Assembly (NCBI GenBank): GCA_043228905.1 | Contig: JBHGNT010000002.1 | Coordinates: forward strand, 24,056,001-24,120,000 | Length of the DNA stretch: 64,000 nucleotides | Source: Azolla caroliniana | Taxonomy: Eukaryota; Plantae; Polypodiophyta | Direction: 5' to 3' | Shown: one piece after another, positions 12,215-23,006 of the stretch | Layout: every line of letters begins with the position of its first letter | Numbering within the stretch: the first letter of the stretch is position 1 | Program-made: the position numbers and the translations under genes | Notes under the pieces: generated by a model | Database searches by the model: none | What the model saw: the letters and a program-made list of their open reading frames with translations, nothing else | What the model was told of the DNA's origin: nothing

Positions 12215-12422
12215 TAGTATATGTATGTTCTTGACATTGATGTTCATTTCCTTTGATGTAACTTACTAAACTTGTGTTTGAAGATGGTATATGTATGTTC
12301 TTGACATTGATGTTCATTTCCTTTGATGTAACTTACTAAACTTGTGTTTGAAGATGGTATATGTATGTTCTTGACATTGATGTTCATTTCCTTTGATGTA
12401 ATTTACTAAACTTGTGTTTGAA
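12215..12422. repeat. 70-bp tandem repeat, 3 copies, downstream of PPO
   Basis: atgtatgttcttgacattg at 12221, 12291 and 12361. Confidence 0.95.
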
Positions 12423-12880
12423 TCCATTTTCATGGATCTTTTGGATGAATGTTCTTGATGTTGTACTTCAATTCCTGATGGGAACCTCTAATATACCATA
12501 ACTATACATATAGAGAGAGTTTGAATCAATTAGGTAGTAATGTGGTAATGATTGATGGAACATTTATATGTTGGAGTTGTATTCATTGGAAAGTTTGTAT
12601 AGTGAACAAACAAAACTCACATGAAATATAATTAAAATCATATAGGAAATTATTTTGACTCCAATATTTTGGGTATTTAAAATTTGGAGCAATGTACATT
12701 TAGATTATTGAGAATGGGATACATGGTTGGATCAAACCAAAAGAAATAAACAACGACACAATGTGTACTATATCATCGGTCGTGCCTGTGCCTGTGCCTA
12801 TGCTTGTCGGCAATGAGCGAAATGAATGTGAAGTTTTATAAATCGGTGGGAGTAAGCCATTACAAAACAAAAAGGACCAT

Positions 12881-14512
12881 CTACACTTCATAGTTGATCC
12901 GGAGGCCTTGGATGGTCACTCTCTCAGTGCCCTTCACGATGATCGTGATCACGACCTCGTCGTCCTTCTTGATTCCCACACGCTTCAAGTTATCTCCGAT
13001 CTCGAACTTTAGGTTGGTCATGAGCCGTCGATGTTGGCTCGCCGATGGCACCACATTGAATGTCCCCACATACTCGGCGCTGTTCGTGAGTGTCGTGTTG
13101 GTCGCACCGGGGAGATTCACGAACACCAGCAGTTGCACGAAACTGTCTCTCACCACGTCCATCCCCTCGATCGTCAGCACCTCCTCCGAGTGCTCTGGCC
13201 TTTTCACACCTATAGCGGACGGCCGTTGCACACGTGCCACAAGCTTCTTGCCTAGCTCAATCGTCCCGTTGAGAGGCGAGGGACCGACGAACGGCACGCC
13301 CGAAGCTATGGCCGCCTGTAGGGCGCTGCCGTTCGAGACTGGGACCGGGGAGAATCGAATCCACAACTTGTCGGAGCTCACCCTCTTGTATTTGTAGCCA
13401 AGCTTGCTTATGTCGAGCACATCTCGCACCTTTATCTTCACCATGTTTGCATATTCGTCGAAGAAAGGGAACTCGGCGTCGAGGAAGTCGGTTACGTTGA
13501 AATCGTGGCGCTCGCCATCGGGGAGGTGGAATCGCCACATGTCCCAGAGCCGGTCAACATTGGTGTGATGGGAGTAGAACACGGGATCGCGACCGGCTGA
13601 GGTGAAGGTGCCCATATCTTCTCCGAGGGTGTTGTTCCTGTTGCCGGTCCAGTAATGGATGCCATTGTGGATCGTGTTCTCGATGCTGCCACCCAACGGA
13701 GCAGAGATGACAGTGGAATTGGTGAGGTCGGACCCGAGAACGTAAGGGCCGCCTAGGAAGAGCTCCGGGGTGCGGGCCGTCACCATGGCTTGATACATGG
13801 AATTGAGATTCTCCAAGGCGATGAGGGTGGTGTTGCTGGTGCTACTGGCTGGGGAGAGACGGATGAGGGTGGTGCCCGAGAGCGCGGAGGTGCTGCGGTT
13901 GGCGTCAAAGAGGGCGGTGCCATTGCGTGCGAACATGGGGGGCAACACGTTGCCGCCATCACGTTGGTCGTCCCAGTTCCAATAGACAAGTGCGAAGGAC
14001 GGATCGCCGATGAGACTACCGAGGATGCGCTCGTGGAAGTAGAGGTACATACGGTGCCACGGGAGGAACAACCAGGAGAAGTGGACCTGGAGAGGTTTAT
14101 CGGCAGCGTCGCCGCCTTGCTTGTAGGCACCGTTGCAAAAGGCACAATGGAGATCGGCCTGGACCTTGAAGCTACGGGGATCGGTGTCGGGGAGGGCTTT
14201 CATGAGCGCGTATGCCTTGTTGTACTTGGCGATGTACTCTTCGCTCACACGGTGGGCGGGGTGCCGGACACGGGTCTTGGGGGACTTGTAGGCATCCAAG
14301 GAGAAGCGGACGACCTTGTGGGCGGGGACGATGGGGATGCAACAATTGAAGAGATAGGTGTTCTTGGCATTGGGGCCAGCAGCAGGCCTGTCGACGGCAA
14401 GCTGACATTGGGACAAATCGGGGACGGTAACGGGATCCGCGGCCACGAAAGAGAACAATGGCAGGAACAGGGCTAGCACCAACACAACGTGATGGAGGTT
14501 ATTGGAGGCCAT
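12881..14512 (-). CDS. PPO: Polyphenol oxidase (type-3 copper, tyrosinase/catechol oxidase family) with N-terminal signal peptide, intronless
   Basis: ATG at 14512; PDLSQC and NCC; CuA HCAFC...QVHFSWLFLPWHR; YWNWD; CuB HNGIHYW...DMG...DPVFYSHHTNVDR; DWL-like DFLDAEF; KFDV-like C-terminal domain with EEVL and EYVGTF; uninterrupted frame. Confidence 0.96.
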   Translation of the reverse strand: MASNNLHHVVLVLALFLPLFSFVAADPVTVPDLSQCQLAVDRPAAGPNAKNTYLFNCCIPIVPAHKVVRFSLDAYKSPKTRVRHPAHRVSEEYIAKYNKAYALMKALPDTDPRSFKVQADLHCAFCNGAYKQGGDAADKPLQVHFSWLFLPWHRMYLYFHERILGSLIGDPSFALVYWNWDDQRDGGNVLPPMFARNGTALFDANRSTSALSGTTLIRLSPASSTSNTTLIALENLNSMYQAMVTARTPELFLGGPYVLGSDLTNSTVISAPLGGSIENTIHNGIHYWTGNRNNTLGEDMGTFTSAGRDPVFYSHHTNVDRLWDMWRFHLPDGERHDFNVTDFLDAEFPFFDEYANMVKIKVRDVLDISKLGYKYKRVSSDKLWIRFSPVPVSNGSALQAAIASGVPFVGPSPLNGTIELGKKLVARVQRPSAIGVKRPEHSEEVLTIEGMDVVRDSFVQLLVFVNLPGATNTTLTNSAEYVGTFNVVPSASQHRRLMTNLKFEIGDNLKRVGIKKDDEVVITIIVKGTERVTIQGLRINYEV

Positions 14513-15802
14513 AGGAAGCAAATCTATGAATGCTCTCTGCTGTCTATGGAGTAGATCGAGATTATTAGTATAAGCAGGGTGCTATTATTATGAATGTTCT
14601 TTGATGGATGGTGTGATGTAACCTATATTATATGTATGTATGTATAATGTCAACTGGTATGTCTCTTTATATAATGTCAATTGGTACCTCTATTTGTGAT
14701 GGAGATAACCTCTATATATTTTGTAATAATAATATAGAAAAATCAATGAATTTGAATGGTCTTCTACCCATTAATCCCTAAAATGTCAAGAAATTTCGTT
14801 GAATCCAAGATATCCATCCTACCTACGGAAAATGTCAACATAATTCCTAGACTTATATATCACATACTAGATTTGGAAAACGTCAACATAATTGGCAGCA
14901 AATAATATATCATGTTGCTTATAATAGAAATAGAAAAATATGTCAATTTACAGCGTCAACATATCTATATCTGTCTGTCTGTCTGTTTGTCTGTATGTGT
15001 AAATGAAATATTGTGGAAGAGCTTCCATAACTCTTCATTAAATCGAACGCGTATTCCCTCACTTTGTTGTTTCACACAGTTTTGACATTGTCATTACATT
15101 TTAAATGCAACATTTCAATTACCATATTGATTTGCTTGCGTTTTATTTATTATGGATTGGGGGATTGCATGCTCCAAAGGATTAACATTTCCACCAACAA
15201 ACAACTCCTTAATATTACCCGCCAAGTTCTCTTCATTGATTTCACTCCCAATTTTATATGAATATTTTACGAGCTGTAGATTTCAAGTCGTCAAAGACAT
15301 TGACATATATCGTATCTTCATTCATAGAACGGTAGGGTGCATATATGCACATATAAGACGGTGTTTGGTTGTAAGGTATATTTTTTCCTCCTCCCGTCTA
15401 GTGGACTTTCTTCCTAGGATAGTTGAGAATTAAGGTTGTGTCCCACTCCACTTTGCCTTTTGACTAGTAAAAGGGCAAGATTTGTCCTATCTAATATATC
15501 TCTTTTTAAATCTATCAAGTTTGGCGTTTTATAATGTCCTTGCACCCTCTTTTCTACAAAATACAAGGGATTTACAAAGCCGGTACGCAATTTTATAATA
15601 TGTGGGTATGTTATTATATTCTAGTATGTCTTGCACGTAATGACATATATATTTAGTCTGAATCTAAGACAATTAGAAATGTATGCATTATGACATGCAT
15701 CAAGACATTTATCTACATTATGGAGGTAACCTAAACAATCAAATAATGGCAATGGTTTTGAATTGAATTTCCTTTAGAACTTGCAACAATGTAATTATAT
15801 TG

Positions 15803-15858
15803 TGATATGCACATAAGAGATCAAAACCAACCTAGTTAGCTTCTTACTTCTTACTCAA
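15803..15858 (+). repeat. Left copy of about 55-bp direct repeat (right copy about 17105-17162)
   Basis: tgatatgcacataagagatcaaaaccaacctagttagcttcttacttcttactcaat vs tgatatgcacacaagatatcaaaaccagcctagttagcttcttacttcttactcaat. Confidence 0.9.
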
Positions 15859-15889
15859 TCACCCCCATAGAGTGCTCGGAAAGGTCTGA

Positions 15890-16035
15890 TTCGTGCTACT
15901 TGAGGGTCTTGTTGAGGCGTTCTGTGAGGCCATTTGTCCTAGGATGGTATGGGGACGTAAATATCTGTTGGACACCAAGTTGAGCTGCAATGGTGTTGAG
16001 GACATCCCCGTGCAACTACCGGCCCTGATACTTGG
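15890..16035 (-). pseudogene. Short retroelement integrase fragment
   Basis: Minus strand encodes TSPYHPRTNGLTERLNKTL, the typical rve C-terminal motif. Confidence 0.7.
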
Positions 16036-16071
16036 ACGGGGCTAGTGACAGAAAACGAGCTAGCAATCGGC

Positions 16072-16369
16072 AGATAAAGATCAATCGCTCCAGTGGACTG
16101 AGGGCCACCTAGACTTGGCTGAGGTGGGGGACAAGAGGGCTATAGCGGATAGAGATCAATCGCTCCTGTGGGTTGAGGGCCACCTGGACTTGGTTGAGGT
16201 GGGGGATAGGAGGGCTATAGGCGTATAGAGATCAATCACTCTTGTGGACTGAGGGCCACGTAGACTTCGCTGAGTGGGGGATAGGAGGGCTATAGGTGGA
16301 TAGAGATCAATCGCTCCTGTGGACTGAGGACCACCTAGACTTGGCTGAGGTGGGGAACAAGAGGGCTAT
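16072..16369. repeat. 75-76 bp tandem repeat, 4 copies
   Basis: gatcaatc(g/a)ctc...gtggactgagggccacctagacttggctgaggtgggg at about 16079, 16154, 16230 and 16305. Confidence 0.9.
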
Positions 16370-16475
16370 CGTGTAGGAAGGGGATCGGAGAAACTTGTGG
16401 GACAAGAAGTTAGTGGGCAACCTAAGGTGAGGGAGAAGAGGTGGATACTTGGATGTGGGGGACTGGTGCACGCTT

Positions 16476-17100
16476 CTTTTATTTTTCTTTTTATTTTTTA
16501 TAAAAGATTTTCTTCAATAGTATTAAGAACAAAACGCCCGAAGGCTACAACTTGAACCTAGCTACCAAGAAGGTTACAACTTTCTTTATACACTGATATA
16601 AAATACAAGGATGTTTACATTTGTTGATATTCAAAGAGTCCATTGAAGTTGATATTGCCATTGAGGCTCTTGAGCTACCATTGTAAACAGGGGCACCTTT
16701 TTCCATAAGTGAAGAAGCTTTTTCCTTTTCTTGATCATAATATATGGGGATCCCTACATATTGTCATACTGACCACGGACTACAACCAGCAAGTTCTCCC
16801 ATAACTCAAACAACACATCTGAGAGATGAATGTCTACCCCATCATAAAGTCGTTTACATCGATATTTCCATAATACCCATAATGTTATTGTGGACATAGT
16901 TTTCCAAATTTGGATGGATTGCACCTGCTTTCGAGGTTGCTGGAAAGGACTAACTAATATCAATCTTCCATTATGTATTGTCATTGCCTCATGAACATCA
17001 TTTGCCTCATACAACATTAAACTGGAGTGTAATACTCCCCACATCGCTGATCCCCATGAGAATAAGCAACCTACATTAATTGGTGCGCGCGTCTCCACCA
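16476..17100 (-). mobile_element. 5'-truncated LINE (non-LTR) 3' end with A-rich tail
   Basis: ORF 16754-17119 has IWKTMSTITLWVLWKYRCKRLY, the W..LW..WK.R motif of L1-type ORF2 C-termini; T-rich run at 16474-16500 is the poly(A) on minus. Confidence 0.65.
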
Positions 17101-17666
17101 ATATGTGATATGCACACAAGATATCAAAACCAGCCTAGTTAGCTTCTTACTTCTTACTCAATTTATAGTTCATACAAAGGTACCCATTTGGGTTGGCTTA
17201 GCTAAAAAGGGTGTGCTAAAAGGGCAGGTCGGCTTAGGTACATGCATCCTAAAAAGGTTGTCGTAAAAGGGTGGCACAAAGGCACACATGCACACCACAA
17301 TATATATGGACTTAATATGCATATTATTTGTTGGAAGCAATGGCTAGTTGGAAAAGGTACTTGATTTTGGCAGCATAATGGAATATTCATCAACTTGGTA
17401 GGGGTGGTGTCATGTTGCCAATGGACCACAATGTGCAAAATCCTCTAAATTGAGCTCTTCTCCATATTTCAATTGATCGTAAAATTCTTGTAAATGTAAA
17501 TTAATGCAAGGTCACGGAAGCCCATACCTCGTTTATATGAAGCATTGTAGCCACTAATCATGTACTATGTTTTACTTCAAAAGGAAAGAGGAGAGAGCGA
17601 AAGAAGAATATCAAAACATTTAGGGTGGATTGATAATTTACATCCAAAAGGATACAAGAGCTACGT

Positions 17667-18581
17667 TGTCGTGATATTCCACGTACGTGTGTGAAGCTAG
17701 GTGGGACCACGGGGGCCTTGGACGGAAGAGCTTAAGAAGAAGAGGAGAGTTAGGAGAGACGGAGGGGTGCGTAAGGTGTGTGGTATCAAGGTGTACGGGG
17801 TACAATCGCTCGGCCGTGATTGAGAAAACACACCAGACGATCGACAAACAGAAGCCAACAATTGATTAGGTGACGCGGGAATTGCAACCGGCACAGCCGG
17901 GGCTGAGCTACGAGCTCGGCGAACAACGGACACACTCACACACTCACACACCAAGATAAAACAGGCATCAGGGGTGCGTAAGGTGTGTGGTATCAAGGTG
18001 TACGGGGTACAACCGCTCGGCCGTGATTGAGAAAACACACCAGACGATCGACAAACAAAAGCCAACAATTGATTAGGTGACGCGGGAATTGCAACCGGCA
18101 CAGCCGGGGCTGGGCTACGAGCTCGGTGAACAACGCACACACTCACACACTCACACACCAAGATAAAACAGGCATCTTCTAACGGGGGCACACGGGTTTC
18201 CTACGCGAACAGAGGCGTCCGTGCAAAAAAAACGAAGCAGAAGGCAAAGAGCGGATGCTCAGTTCCCAGTCTGACAACACTTCCTTCTCCCCTCAACGCA
18301 CGATCCTCTTTTCATCCTACTCTTCCTCCTTTTATAGATCAAGGAGGTCGGGCCGTCACATCACGTAGTTACATCATGCTTTATTCTCTACCGCTTCGGA
18401 TAGAGATTCGTTTGACTAGACTACGTATTTAACTCGCCTATATTAAAGTTCTCCCATCAGGCCGACCTAGCCTAGTCTTAGATTATGTACAAGTTTAAAT
18501 ATAATGCGCGTGTATTCGTGAACGCAACCGTGCACACACCCACGTCCCAGTTTCACCTCGTAGCCAGTTTTCGTCACGATA
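17667..18581 (-). mobile_element. 3' LTR of minus-strand Gypsy element (element Z), with internal 207-bp tandem duplication
   Basis: Termini TGTCGTG (17667) and CACGATA (18575-18581); PPT GGTGGGGGTGGA immediately 5' on minus; duplication 17763-17969 / 17970-18176. Confidence 0.85.
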
Positions 18582-20166
18582 TCCACCCCCACCAAACCGC
18601 AGATCCACCGGTATGTGCCAAAAGAGAGAGGGGGAGAGAGAAAACCGGTCGTTGTCATTCTGCGTCCTCCGATCCGGTGACCTCCCCGTCTTCGTCCACC
18701 CTTCCCGGGTCGTCATTTTCGTCCATGCACTCCGGGTCCGGGTCCGGGTCCGGCTCGGCCTTGTACCGCTTCTGGAACCGTTTGATCCGCTTACCGGCGA
18801 CCGGTACCGCCATCTGTGTTCCGTCGAGCTTCGCGAGATGGTATGTGCCATTGCCGTTCACGCTCGTGACCATGTAAGGTCTGAACCACCTCTTTGCGAA
18901 TTTCCGCGTCGCCTTGTGTCCACGTTCCACCTTCCCGTTCGCGTCTGGATTGTACGTCGTAGTGAGAGAGAGTTTTACCCCTAACTGGCTGAACAACTCT
19001 TCGGCCTCATGTGCATCCAACTCTCCCCAGTCAACCACGATCTTCCCTACGCACCTGTATCGACAGACCACCTCTTTGATCAAGAACCTACACACGGCCG
19101 TAGTCGTTTTGTTCTGCAGTGCTCGGCCCTCTACTTGGTTCGTCAGGTTCTCTCACGCAAGCACCAGGTACCACATCTGTCCCACTCCCATCGGCATCAT
19201 TACTAAATCCACCATCCATTTGAAATGGCCGTCGGCGGGTACATCGGGTGCAGCCCGTCTCTGTGCCTAATCGCGGGATGCATCTGGCAGCTTTTGCAGA
19301 TCGTCATGAATTGATGCGCGTGCCGGTACATTCCTGGCCACCAGGATTTCTCCTTTAGCTTTTCGAATGGGCTCTTGTGGTATGCCGACAACAACCCCTT
19401 TTGCTCTTCCCTTCTTATCACTAAGTGGAGCGGAACGCTACTACGCTTCTTCGGGTGCCTCCATATATATCCATCTTGTAGTAAGAACCGATACGCCTTC
19501 TTCCGGATCTTGTTCGCCTCATCCTTTGTCCAAGCCGCGTCTGATGTCAATGTCCTCAAGAATCTGCTGATCCGGAGCCACTCCCCTTCCTCCTCATACT
19601 CGTTAAACTCGTTCAGTACTGGAGCGCTTCCCTCCCTTGCCGCTATGCGAGCCGACCCGAAGAAGTTTATGCAGACTTCTTCTCCTTTGAAATCATGCCT
19701 TCCTCATCATCAAACCGCGCTCTCGAAAGCATATCGGCCATGACGTTATCCTTTCTGGAGATGTGCCGTATCTCCGGATTCAGGGACTTAATGTATGCGA
19801 TCCACTTGAGCATAGCCAGGTTCAGAGTTGCGCATCCGGAAACCATTCCGAGAATCGGTAGGCAGTCCGTTTCGACTATTACCTCTGTCCCAATCAAGTA
19901 GTCCTCGTTGGCCTTGACCGCCGAAATGATACCCCAAAGTTTGCGCTTAACTTGGGCGTATCCTCGTTGTAGCTCGCTTACTACCTTAGCCTTGAACCAT
20001 ATGGGGAACCTTATGCCTTCCTCACCCTCCTGATTGATCACCCATCTGATACCGGTCGGGCTCGTATCCACCATTACAAAAATCGGGGAGGGTTTCCCGT
20101 AAACTGTTTTTCGGAAGGCCGGCACTGCGGCTAGTGCCTCCTTTAACCTCCGTACTGATTCCGCAT
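18582..20166 (-). pseudogene. Gypsy pol remnant (RNase H, integrase) of element Z with internal deletions
   Basis: VDTSPTGI, ETDCLPILG, HISRKDNVMADMLSR, CKSCQ, TTTYNPDANGKVERGH, GTYHLAKLDG. Confidence 0.9.
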
Positions 20167-20892
20167 TGTTGTGAAGATTCTGGGCCATAGGTAGAAACAA
20201 GGTGAAACGCGCAGGAACACTGGTTTACGCGAGTGCACGCCTCGAGAGAATTAAATAAGGAAAGTACTAGGCATGAGTATATAGAGGGGCACTAGGTAGT
20301 TAGGGCAGTAAAGAAGAAATAGAACATCACATATGTAGGGAGAGTTACGAGGGAGAGAATCTGGGAATGGAAAGCGACGGGTCATGAATGCTTATAACGG
20401 TTGCCCCTTGTGCTATAAAGGGGACCACCTTCCACTGTCTTGGGGATGCCATTTTAGAGAGAGGAGAGGATACATCGAGAGGAGAGTAAGGACAAATCTT
20501 TGAAAGGCGCTTCCCCTGCACGCGGAAGATGCCCGAGTGCTCCCGTCCAGGGGATCGACCTTCAGCGAGCCCACGTACCTTTGTGTCTGGTGATTGCCAA
20601 GCTCTGCGCTCCATCACCGGATCTGATCCGGTTGTAATCACCCATAGCACCGTGCACCTGTGTTGTTTAATAGAAACCTTCACTACCTAACAGACGTTGT
20701 TCTCAGTGTCTTGCCCGTGTCTGCGTCTACGCGCGACTCTCTTAGCCTCTCTTGTTCACTAGCCTTACCTGTTTTTCCGTGGTCTCGAGACCTACGCGAT
20801 CCTCAAACTTCTCCCTCATTTTCTCGATTCCTTGGTTCGAGACCCCTGTGGTCCTGCCCGACTTCTACGCATCCGCGAGTATTTCCTCAACA
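20167..20892 (+). mobile_element. 5' LTR of Gypsy element A
   Basis: Starts TGTTGTGAAG, ends CAACA, TATAAA near 20415; followed by PBS and gag ATG at 20939 (MRGSELVEAM). Confidence 0.85.
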
Positions 20893-20896
20893 TATT

Positions 20897-20913
20897 TGGT
20901 GAACCCGATGTGA
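20897..20913 (+). promoter_or_regulatory. Primer binding site complementary to tRNA-Trp 3' end
   Basis: TGGTGAACCCGATGTGA; consensus TGGTGAACCCGACGTGA also at 22973, 28772, 36014 and a variant at 59175-59191 (minus); matches the recalled plant tRNA-Trp end UCACGUCGGGUUCACCA. Confidence 0.75.
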
Positions 20914-21025
20914 ACAAGGGCGGCAAAGGAATCTGAAGATGAGAGGAAGCGAACTGGTAGAAGCAATGGCGGTGGTGGTAAACCGCCTGGTTAATGCTCG
21001 CGAGGGTGCGAGTGCCCTCGACCGG

Positions 21026-22068
21026 TGTCGCGAAAATACGACGAGGACACATGAACTTGAGGTAGGACCTCGGGGCCTTCGATTGGAAGATATCAAATAG
21101 ATTAAGAATTAGCCGAAATAAGAAAGATTGACAATTTTCATTAACAATTAGATAGAAAGATTACAATCAATCCCAAGATTGGGATTACAAAAGTTTAGCT
21201 TCTGGAGATTACTAGAATAATAGATTAGAAGAAACTAAATATGGATTCAATCGAAATTTAGGGTTTTTGGCTTTGATAAGAGATTTTAGATTTTGAGAGA
21301 TATGGCTTCCGTAGGGAAATTTAGGGTTTATGGTTTCTGTAAGGAAATTAGCGTTTTTGAGTGTTATGGTTTCCGTAGGGAACATTAGGGTTTTTGAGTG
21401 TTATGGCTTATGTAGGGAATTTAGGGTTTATGAGAGTTATGGCTTCCCTAAGATAAGGGAGCTGATAAGGAAAAGAAAATTAATGGAGAGAGAGTGAGTG
21501 TAGGAAAAAAATTGGAATATATATGGAGTTCTCCGTTGATCATAGCCTTCAATGTTACTTTGCATGCCCAGTTTTAGTTGCATGGCCTCTACTTTTAGTT
21601 GCATGCGACCGTCCACATGACCTTTACTTTAGTCTCCTTTACTTTACTTTAATTTGCCACATGATCCTATCATCCGTTCGATTTGCGTCCAGCCTTCTCC
21701 GGTCGTCGATTGCCGCCGCCTTGCCGGCTCGGTCGCCAGTTCTGGTTTGCTTACCGGCCGGTTTCCGGTTTTACTTACCGGCCCCGTTCCGGTTTTGCTT
21801 ACCAGTCGGTTTCCAATTTTTGGGAACTTGGCCACCATCATCTATCAAGACAAAGTGGTCAAAGTGCTCTTAGCACAAATGAAAATGAGGGGTCTCAAAG
21901 TGCTTATATAGCCAGGGCCTTAAGTTTCCTATCTATGTGGTATAAATGATAGTTCTTTTTTCCCTATCTTCTCAAACATCCATCTTTCTATAACATGCCA
22001 TTAAGCTAATATAAAGTACTTATTTTATTATTTACTTTTTTACATACTGTGCGAAGATTCACACGACA
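21026..22068 (-). mobile_element. Solo LTR inserted in gag of element A
   Basis: Termini TGTCGCG...CACGACA; flanks CCGG / TCGG (4-bp TSD with one C>T); removing it restores ALDR-AIEATVG; internal TTTAGGG-containing and ccggttttgcttaccgg repeats; orientation inferred from TATA/CT-rich tract. Confidence 0.85.
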
Positions 22069-22396
22069 TCGGGCCATAGAAGCAACAGTCGGCAAGATAG
22101 TCCGGTTCGGCGAAAAGGACGCCACAAGTTACTTAGAGGCCTGCAAATTTGAAATGTAGATGAGGAACATACCCGAAGAATAGATGGCTAGCGGGGTTTC
22201 CCCGGGTCGTAACACGACACATCCATACAGAGATGGTCGAGATACAAGCAGGCTGTCGCGACTGGGCGGAATTCGTAGAGGAAGTTCTCGAGAGGTATAG
22301 CTATGAGGACCCACTCCGGCTCTCAAGAAAGGATTTTATGGACTAGGTCAACAACCCCGACAAGGGTCAGAACGCTTTAGCGCTCCTCTAGGAGTT
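22069..22396 (+). pseudogene. gag of element A, second piece
   Basis: AIEATVG..RFGEKDATSYLEA...LL*EF, colinear with gag at 36027. Confidence 0.8.
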
Positions 22397-23006
22397 CATT
22401 GTACTAACTTATCCTAAGTGTACTAAATATAGATTTAATACGTATAAGACCTTTATTTACGCCTACCTTTATTAAAAGGTAAGTCATGCATTTTTTAGAA
22501 TACGTGAATACTTTATTTATAAGAAAAATGTACACCAATAAAAAATGACTCGTGCACATCTAGTGAGCATGAGCACTATATTTAGGAAATAAAAGCATAG
22601 TGTAAAAACGCAGCTCATGCACATTTAGTGTGCATGAACACTTTAGAAAAAGCATGAAGCTATGCTTAGCCTCTTCTATCCTTATATAAGGAGGAGAGAA
22701 AGATGTATGGGGTGTTGTTGATTATTTTACAAGGATTGATTAATAAAAAAATATTCGTGGGATTCACGATTTTGCCATCTATTTCTCTCTTACATTCTAA
22801 GTATCAATTAATACACTATACTTGTGGGATTCATGACTTTTTCATATCTTTCTTTCTTACCATATATTTCATATTCTTAATTATCTTAGAATTTTCTTTT
22901 CTCCTAGTCCAAAACCTCGGTGGTTCCCACCCGATTCATGCAACGATCTGGAGCCAAAAGGCACGACACAAGTGGTGAACCCGACGTGAACACGGGTGGC
23001 AAGGAG

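Noticed and set aside
12894-14476. Plus-strand ORFs of 167 and 228 aa overlapping PPO
   Set aside because: Antisense shadows of a GC-rich coding sequence with no recognisable motifs
22703-22978. Hydrophobic 91-aa ORF repeated three times as an env-like or membrane protein
   Set aside because: It lies in the T-rich R/U5 part of the LTR; hydrophobicity follows from base composition
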